DNA of 64,000 bases from Cyanidioschyzon merolae (taxonomy: Eukaryota), in the NCBI GenBank assembly GCA_000091205.1, contig AP006499.2, one strand, 5' to 3'. Position numbers and translations under genes: made by a program. Every line of letters begins with the position of its first letter. Within the stretch, counting starts at the first letter, position 1. Shown here in pieces: positions 56,856 through 64,000 of the stretch. Under the pieces are notes generated by a model. That model had not been told where the DNA came from. It was given only the letters and a program-made list of their open reading frames with translations, and made no database searches.

Positions 56856-58225
56856 AGCTTTAAGTGCACCACTGAATGGTTTGCTCTATACTTGTGCTAT
56901 GATCTTCCCCCAGGTTTTCAGTCGTTCAGCCTCGACTCTCTCAGGTGTCGCAATAAGGCTTGACTGTTTCATTCTTAGTTCAGGGTGCTTGGTCGTATTT
57001 TCGGAAAGTTTACATCGACGTTTCGCTGCCGGAGTTAAACGCATCACCGGAATCAGGATGATTCGCGGTGCCGTGGAACGAGCGTTCGTACAATGGCCGG
57101 CACCGTTTCCAATTAATACTGCCACACCCATGGTATTTTCCTTTCTTTTCTTGTAACATTTTCATATCCCGCGTTCTTCATGTTGCGGATCTCTCTGCTT
57201 CAAGGCAACTCATTGTCGCGGTAATTCGTGCCTATGAATTGACGAGAAAATAGGCTCTACGTCGTCCATGAACGACATGTTCACAAAGTCGTTCAGAAAG
57301 TTGACCTAACTTGCCAAGTTCAACAGTCGATTTTGTTCGACGAACTGGTCTACCTCTTTTAGCGGCCGTCGATTAAATAAGACTCTGCAGGAGCATGGTA
57401 CCTTCTAGGGATGCGCTCCGAGTGGCTCTTGAGTCGTCTGTTCGCTTGGAGAATGTTTTTGGACTCCGTCTTCAGTCATGACAACGATCGCTCCCTGTGG
57501 CGTCTGCGTCACCGCTCTCCACAGAGGAAGCGCACTCGGATCGGAATTTCTAGACTTCTCCATGCGGGATTAACCTACCGGTGCGTGCACCATCAAGGGC
57601 ATTCACGCATACAAGAAATCTTTTATCAAATGGAACAAGGTTCGCACGTGCATGCAGCCTTCAGCATTTTCGCTGAGAAAACCGTCCAGAAGAAGCCCAT
57701 GATCGTAGGATACGGCACCGCGCGCGAAAAACCGAGGAGGGCATCGATACAAGACCTCTGTACGGGTCAAAGGCATATACTGAGCGATATAGCAAGCTAC
57801 CTCGAGCCACAGGGGTGCCCGCGGAGGACGGGACATTGTAGAAATATGTGAACAACTGAACCGGGCCGAGTCTCACCGCAGCGAAGGGCACACGTAGGCT
57901 GTATGCATAGAAAATAAAAATGGGAAGTGACGCGCAGGCCGCAACTACCGTCTGTGCATGAAATGCGTAGAAAGCAACCGTAGGCAATGAACTCGGGACC
58001 CTAAGGCCACTATTACCATCCTTCGACTGCTTCGAACGGAGCTGGATGGAAGTGAGGTACCGGCACACTTAAAGCCGGAGGTACGGGAAAAGGAAAGGAA
58101 ACATACGCAGAAACTGCTCGCAAAGGCTGAAGTTAATGACGGACGGAAGAGGCTGAAAGACTAGAGTGTTCGACCGAGTAAATTACGTGGGACCAGTTCC
58201 AAATCACTCCTGCATGAGCGCATTC
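56856..58225. repeat. Inverted-repeat arm, partner of 54030..55393
   Basis: See partner arm. The arms flank a ~1.46-kb AT-richer, ORF-free core (55394..56855). Confidence 0.8.
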
Positions 58226-58886
58226 CATACAATGATCACCTCTGGCAAGCTCGAATCGCCCGAGAAACCTTGAAAGCATTCTATACTTTTTCAGAATTGG
58301 AGGGAAAATTGAAAGCTTTGCCTCAAAACGATTGATAACAAAAAAGGCTGCCTAACCCGAAACCCCGAACTCATACGTCCGTACGCTTGACTTAAAAACT
58401 CGTGCATGAAAACTATTCGAGATTGCCGTATACCAAAAAGTAGATCGATTCATCACATAAGTGCATATCTGCACCCTTTCGCTAATCTGAAACTTGTTCG
58501 TCTGTGGGTTCCAGGTCGCGTGAATAACTCTGCTTGAAGATACAAATCATGATAACGTGTGAAGTCTATGAATTACCACTGGATTGATGAAAAATTTCTC
58601 AGCATATGCGCATCACCTACTGTTTAAAAAGCTCTTGAGAATTTTTACAGAACATGCTCACAATTTCGAAATGCGCGGTTACTTGGTAAGCGACTCTCGT
58701 CTAGGCTGTACTGAACTCGGGGAGTATCTGATAATGAGATGCAGAAATATTGCAAGTATCTAGGCTCTCGAAAGCTTCTCATACCTTGCTAAGGATCACT
58801 GCCTGAAGCATGGCTGATCCTGGGAACATCGCTGTGGAAAATTCAGTTCCTCTAAATTAAGCGTTCTGTAAGTTTGTAGCCAGAAT

Positions 58887-59912
58887 ATGGTATTTGTTAG
58901 GGTACTAGCCAAACCTATTACCTTTCGCTATCTTTCCTTGATTTTAATTTTATACGGAAGTCTTTCTGCTTCTATTGTTGCTGAGAAAAATTGCGTAGTC
59001 TTGGCGGCAAATGTTTTCAACAACGTAGGAACGGTAGACCTGTTTCACACGCTCCTCTCTGACTTAGAGGGAATGCTACAAGCCGCTGGGTTTTCCACAG
59101 GCCTGTGCATCTACGAAGACAACTCGAGGGATGGTACCGACGTTCGAGTTTCCCAGTGGAATCAGTCCCGGCGAGGAACACCGTTCACGAGGATCCTTGC
59201 AGACAAGACACCCCCCACGGCAACGGAACGCGTGTCGAGAATAGCAGTTGTTCGCAGCCGTTTGCTGAATCTTATCCATGAGGTTCTGGCGGAAATGCAA
59301 AATTGTTCTGGACGGTATATATTATTTTTTAACGATGTTGTCTTCGAACCATCGGATGTTCATAAGATGGTGCTAGACGGAATCCGGCAGAACTTTGACA
59401 TGCTCTGCGCAGTGGACGTCTATCGAGGGTTTTATGACCGTTGGGTTACTCGGGATGCCTCTGGATTGATCCCATCGCGGTGGGCATCTGTCTTCTTCAC
59501 CGGGAAAACTGGTTCCAGAATACGCAATAAAGATGCAACTGAGTGGCGGACAGATTTTTGGCCTTCGAGAGCCTGCTGGAATGGAGCTGTTTTGGTTAAC
59601 GCAGAAAGTGCACCGCGCAGTTTCCGCAGTGCGAGGAATGACGAATGCTATGCTTCAGAATGCAAGCTTTTTGTTGACGATCTCTTGAAGGAACGTGGCG
59701 GCCAAGCGCGTGTTGCGGTGAGACTCGATACGCTTGTGGCGTACGACGTTATCCATCTCTTACTACATAAGTTTGTTATCAGGACATATGCCTCCCATAT
59801 TGCTGCTTTTCAAAGCCTCGGAGAACTCATTGTGAAAGCGAAGCATCGCTATCAGGCGGAGAGGGTTCTCCAATCAGACCCCTGTCCGAAATTACCAATG
59901 CTTTGTTGTTGA
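58887..59912 (+). CDS. Putative type-II membrane (Golgi-type) glycosyltransferase-like protein; family unassigned
   Basis: N-terminal signal-anchor (ITFRYLSLILILYGSLSASIV), then a globular domain with ...RYILFFNDVVFEPSDV... and ...DMLCAVDVYRGFYDRWVTRD.... Topology and spacing recall fungal/algal Cap59-like (GT69) or related transferases. Weak. Confidence 0.3.
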   Translation: MVFVRVLAKPITFRYLSLILILYGSLSASIVAEKNCVVLAANVFNNVGTVDLFHTLLSDLEGMLQAAGFSTGLCIYEDNSRDGTDVRVSQWNQSRRGTPFTRILADKTPPTATERVSRIAVVRSRLLNLIHEVLAEMQNCSGRYILFFNDVVFEPSDVHKMVLDGIRQNFDMLCAVDVYRGFYDRWVTRDASGLIPSRWASVFFTGKTGSRIRNKDATEWRTDFWPSRACWNGAVLVNAESAPRSFRSARNDECYASECKLFVDDLLKERGGQARVAVRLDTLVAYDVIHLLLHKFVIRTYASHIAAFQSLGELIVKAKHRYQAERVLQSDPCPKLPMLCC

Positions 59913-60102
59913 TTGCTACGGAAATGTTTTGAACTGTTTCACGAATCATTGTTATTTATTTTCAAAAGTAACTCATGAAACTCTCGCAAAGAATTGAAGC
60001 GCATGTGGCCATCCTCCTGTAAGGCGCTTAGCCGTTTAAAAACCATTAATATGGCCCACGCAGATCGTCTTAGACCTATATTAATTTCAGATGGAGGAGA
60101 TC

Positions 60103-62875
60103 CTCGCACACGGACGTACTCGCACTATATTCTGGACCTATTTTGCACGACCATCAGCACAAGTCATTGCAGTTTGCACCGCGACCGCTTCCTTCTCCTT
60201 TCCCGTATCTCCGACTTTCAATACGCTGGCGTCTCCTAGCCCTCCAGCTTCGATGTCAGCAGGCGAAGGATGCCGATGGCTGCGTTCATTCGAACCCAGA
60301 GTTTCCTGCTTCCAGCCCTCATCGACGTACTTCATGCAAAGGCGGAAGTTGTGATCTGCGCTTCTTTTAGCATTTTCATCCTTTTTGTCCACAACTCCGG
60401 TGCACCCTTCGCAGCGAGGACACTTGCCCGTTGTCCGGTGCCGCCATACGTCCATCGCACGTCTTGCTCCGAGTGCCGCCCTGTGGCGCATGCCTGCTTG
60501 CAGTGTCGCTCGGTACACGCCCTCGACGGGTGCAGAGCGCTCCGCTTCATGCGCTCTTCAGTTTCTGTGCCCAGCGCCATACCCTGCGATCACAGGCTCG
60601 GGCTGGGCGATCCCCGCGGCAAGCACCCTCACTGCTGGGCGCGTAAACGCTCGCTGCTCGATTCGAGTACTCGGAATCCGCTCCCTCGCACGCTCTTCGT
60701 TTTTCGCGTACGCTTCCCATCGAAGCTGCCGACGAGCATCACGCGACTCGAGGTGCCGTGCCAGCTCATGAGTATTGTGCGCGCAGGTTCCATCCACTTG
60801 CGACGATGCGGGTCAGCCATCTGCGACTCCCTTCGTCTCCGGTCGCTCGCTCGCTCGCTTGCGTGTTCTTCTATCCCCATACTCGTTCGCTTCCGCTTCA
60901 GCGAAGATGGCAGGCGCGGGAGGAGAAGTCACGACTGTGGGCGTAACTCGGACGTTTCCGATCCCGTGCCCCGGGACGGGGTGTCGGTTTCCACATGGGC
61001 GTCGGACTTCGCCTCGGGTCTCACGGAGGCGCTGGTGCAACGCTTCGCTCTCCTTGGGCTCCTGCCGTTGCTGAGTGCACTGGATTGCAGGTTCACGAGG
61101 CCACGCATCTGTACAGCTTGCTGCTCATCGTCGCCGTGTTTCCTGTTCTGAGCAGGGGTGCGTTGGAGCTCTGATGGGGCCTTGAGGCATGTAGGGCGCT
61201 CACGACTGATAGCGGTGGATGCTGCCAGGCCATCGGTCTCGAACGAGGACACCACGCCTCCTCGACTTTATGTGAGCGTTCTGTTTCTATCTGTTCCCTG
61301 CCTGTCGCATCTCTCTTTAGCGTCGTTCGCTTTTCGTTCCCCCAGCGGTTCATGAGTGTCTCCGAAGTTTCGGGCGAAATTTGGGTAGTACGCTTCATGT
61401 ACTCTATGCTGTCGATGGATACCTCCTCTTCTTCGATGTGCTCCTTGGCCTCCATAGGACGTTTCCATGCCCTAATCCCTCGTGCGTGGGCGCCCACTTC
61501 GCAGCGAGGCGAAAAAGCCGCGAACCGGGGCGCGCGTACGAGCGACCTATAAATGCGTTTACAGCAAGGCGAAAATCCATTCCATTCAGGGGCTCTGGAA
61601 CAGTTCCCGAGGTGCAGAGGCTGTTTCACTCGCTCGGGTAGGCACTCGCAGGCTGCAGGTCTATAGTCTCCTCGACATGTTCGTCTTCCAGGATACTCAA
61701 CGGAGGCTCACGCGCTCTGTATATCCGCCCAGCATATTCAAGTCGGCGAAGCGCCCGTCATGAAGAGCTCGTCCATGCCGTCCAGGCTGGTATCTGAGTC
61801 GTCATCCGCACGTATCCACGTCATCGAATCCTTCACGCGCCATGGGAATGAATGCTGGCATGATCCAGGGTCGCGCGGCGTAGTTTTCCGCCCATATACA
61901 CCTTTGAGTTATCCAGGCTGATTTGGGTCGCGAAGCGAATGCTGGCCTCGAAATGCGCAACGTCGTTCGGCTATGGAGCCAAAGTGCCCGCGACGTCGAT
62001 GAAAGCACAGTGCAGGTGAGGTGTGTCCCGACTACGCTTCGAGACAGTGACGGCATGAAAGGCCATCGATGCCAACGGTGCATCTACGAAGTTGTTCGGT
62101 TTCTCAGGGACCCCGATGCACTGGACGTACACGGTCCTAGGCAGGAGGTAAGCGCGCCACTGACGCATGCTGCAAAGAAGCGCATGTTTGCGGACGCGGA
62201 ATCTGATATCCGGCGGGTGCGGGTGCATTTCGAAGTATCCCTTGCCGACAGTGGTGCCGTAGAATACCTCATACAAACAGCGAAGGAGGGAGTTTCCGAG
62301 ATCGTATCCCGTGAGATGTAGCGCACTGCTTATTTGGGATGTGGTTTCGTTGATGGTTGGAAAGCGAGAATATTTTGTGTTTCAAACGGAATCGATTATA
62401 TGAGGTGAGGATTTGAACATACTTTCGGTATGAGCTCTTGAAGAAGTATTCGCACGAAAACTTCCAACTTTTGCGTCGTCAACCGAGCGTAGCGGCCTGG
62501 TGCGCCCACGAGTAGCCTTGAAACATGGAGATCGGAAGCGTGCAGAATGCCTGACTTGAGCGTGCAACGCGTAACTAAAGGAAAAGAGTTCAGGCTTCCT
62601 TGTACGAATTGCATCATGATATCGGCTATTTTAGGCAACGGTATGTGAGGATATCTCGAATCACCTTGATGCTGGTGATGTAACGAATCCCTTCGGTGCA
62701 AAGTCGAGGGAGCCACTTTGAAGAGTCGACCGAGAATCCTAGAACGATGCATGAGTCCTGAGGCCCTCATTGCTGGACTATGAATACTCGGGTCCTGCAT
62801 CTGAAAATGAGTTCGGGTGAAAAATCGAAATCGAGGAACACAGGCAGCAGCTCCGTGTTCTACTTCACTCCGACA
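60103..62875. repeat. Dispersed repeat, copy 3 (near full length; lacks the first ~70 bp seen in copies 1 and 2)
   Basis: Co-linear with 44875..47635 at near identity. Single-aa differences appear in the mirrored ORF translations (e.g. RSMRSS vs RFMRSS). The end point cttcactccgac | atgagtcc is identical to copy 1's. Confidence 0.75.
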
Positions 62876-64000
62876 TGAGTCCTGAGCGAGCCCAATAGGC
62901 GCAGGCTTCCATTAACTATGGAATCGGAGCTGTCGAGGTAACCATAAGCAAGAACTGCTAAACATTCCTGTATCTTCTCCATATTACGTGCGCAACCAAG
63001 TAGTAATGAGTCTCACAGGGTTTTGATTATGCTTATGTACCGCCTACGGTCGAAGCATTGTATTTTTATAGGGCATCCCGCTTCCTGGAGCTACTCGCTC
63101 AAAGGCTGGAAACTGTTCTGCAACCAGTTTTTATCCATGATACTGCTGGGGAATAGGTTTAAAAGCTTTCAGAGATTAAATTCCATTTTGTTAGAATGTT
63201 CGATGCCACTTTTGCGGGAACGTAAACCATATTTTTGTGGTTCTGAATTACTTTCCGCGTTCCGGATCCTCTGTTTGTTGGTGTACCTGCGCTTTGCTTG
63301 CATATAGAATTTCTGAAATCGCTGAAAGCCTGAAAGAGAATATTGAGCCCAAACACATAGAGGAAGACCCGCTGAACGAAGGCCGGTGCGCAGCATGAAG
63401 CGTCATAGCGTGCTCGAGCACCGAAGACAGGCGTCCCAGTGCAGAACAGTGGAAGCTGTTCTACGCCACTATTCTTTTGCATTTATCGTGGTATTCCGTA
63501 TGTCCAGAGAAAAATCAGAAGGTTCGAAATGGGTTCGCGACGTACTCCACCACAATCGTAGGGGCGATATTGTCTTCGAAGCGGACAGGGCTCCTGAACA
63601 TATTATACGGGCGAGAGAGAAAATTTGGTTTCGATCTAATGACCACATGCATCATATTTTTGGGCAGACTTGCCTCTCTTTAGTCTAGCATTTATGGCAT
63701 CAAAAAATAGGCACCATCGGATCCCTTAAAATTGCACATCGCTGGTGCAGTCCAAGGAAGCAACCAATGGTAGTGTGCCGCGCAAGTTTTCAGGGTTTCA
63801 GCTGCTACTGGGTGATACTCCTCCAGGCCTGGCCCTAACAAAATGCTCAAGGAACTCAGCTACTTCATCGGGATCTCGAAGCCGCCAAGTCGCTGCCGTT
63901 TCGCGTGAATCATCCTCCGTGACGATGATGCCAACGCCGCCGAAGTTTGTGACGAATCTCAAGGCGTCCTCGTCGGTGACGTCATCTCCAACGTAAACAG

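Noticed and set aside
44805-62875. Whether the thrice-repeated 2.8-kb unit or the kb-scale inverted repeats could be a CRISPR-like array or rDNA
   Set aside because: Repeat units are kilobases long with kb-scale unique spacers. There are no 25-40-bp direct repeats with regular spacing. Nothing resembles the universally conserved rRNA motifs. Eukaryotic context.
1-64000. Bacterial-style promoters (-10/-35), RBSs and rho-independent terminators
   Set aside because: The locus is eukaryotic nuclear DNA (Sin3, LHC, Toc GTPase, PPR), so prokaryotic regulatory-site calls would be meaningless. The only hairpin reported is the perfect palindrome at 31837-31870, as a structural observation.

Overview
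This window is eukaryotic nuclear DNA, not prokaryotic. The organism looks like an intron-poor, moderately GC-rich photosynthetic eukaryote, because several long ORFs run uninterrupted: a 1551-aa Sin3 co-repressor, a CLC chloride channel, and a PPR protein. The gene content is strongly plastid-associated, with an LHC/FCP-type light-harvesting protein, a Toc34/Toc159-family GTPase, a DUF760 protein and a PPR protein. An AT-rich insert carries a decayed plastid-type rpl13-rps9 fragment (a nuclear plastid-DNA insert, NUPT). The features that encode rpl13 and rps9 in the plastid fit a red alga or a red-plastid lineage, but I cannot name the species.

Other recognisable host genes are a PAP2 phosphatase, a HI0933-like flavoprotein, the tRNA (m7G46) methyltransferase TrmB/METTL1, a METTL7-like methyltransferase, a Sec14/CRAL-TRIO protein, a NOM1/Sgd1-like MIF4G protein, a GnT-I-like glycosyltransferase and a prefoldin-like protein.

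The accessory content is the most interesting part.

1. A family of TnpB/Fanzor-like RuvC-nuclease (OMEGA-type) elements.
   - One near-full-length copy (~29.5-31.8 kb) carries a RuvC-I-like GVDPANT motif, a Cys zinc-finger region and a RuvC-III 'NRDFNAAINI' motif. It is interrupted by frameshifts and an in-frame TAG stop.
   - Three 3'-terminal remnants lie at ~7.1-7.8 kb, ~19.4-20.0 kb and ~38.4-38.8 kb.
   - All four copies share a conserved, partly non-coding segment just downstream of RuvC-III. This is a candidate omega-RNA scaffold / element right end.
2. Two kb-scale inverted-repeat (foldback) structures.
   - One (34.8-41.0 kb) has ~1.24-kb arms enclosing the Toc GTPase gene and a TnpB remnant.
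   - The other (54.0-58.2 kb) has ~1.36-kb arms around an ORF-free AT-rich core.
3. An unclassified ~2.8-kb dispersed repeat in three near-identical copies, one of them truncated.
4. A perfect 15-bp-stem GC palindrome next to the Fanzor-like copy.

There are no CRISPR arrays. I recognised no rRNA or tRNA genes, though I did not scan exhaustively for tRNAs.
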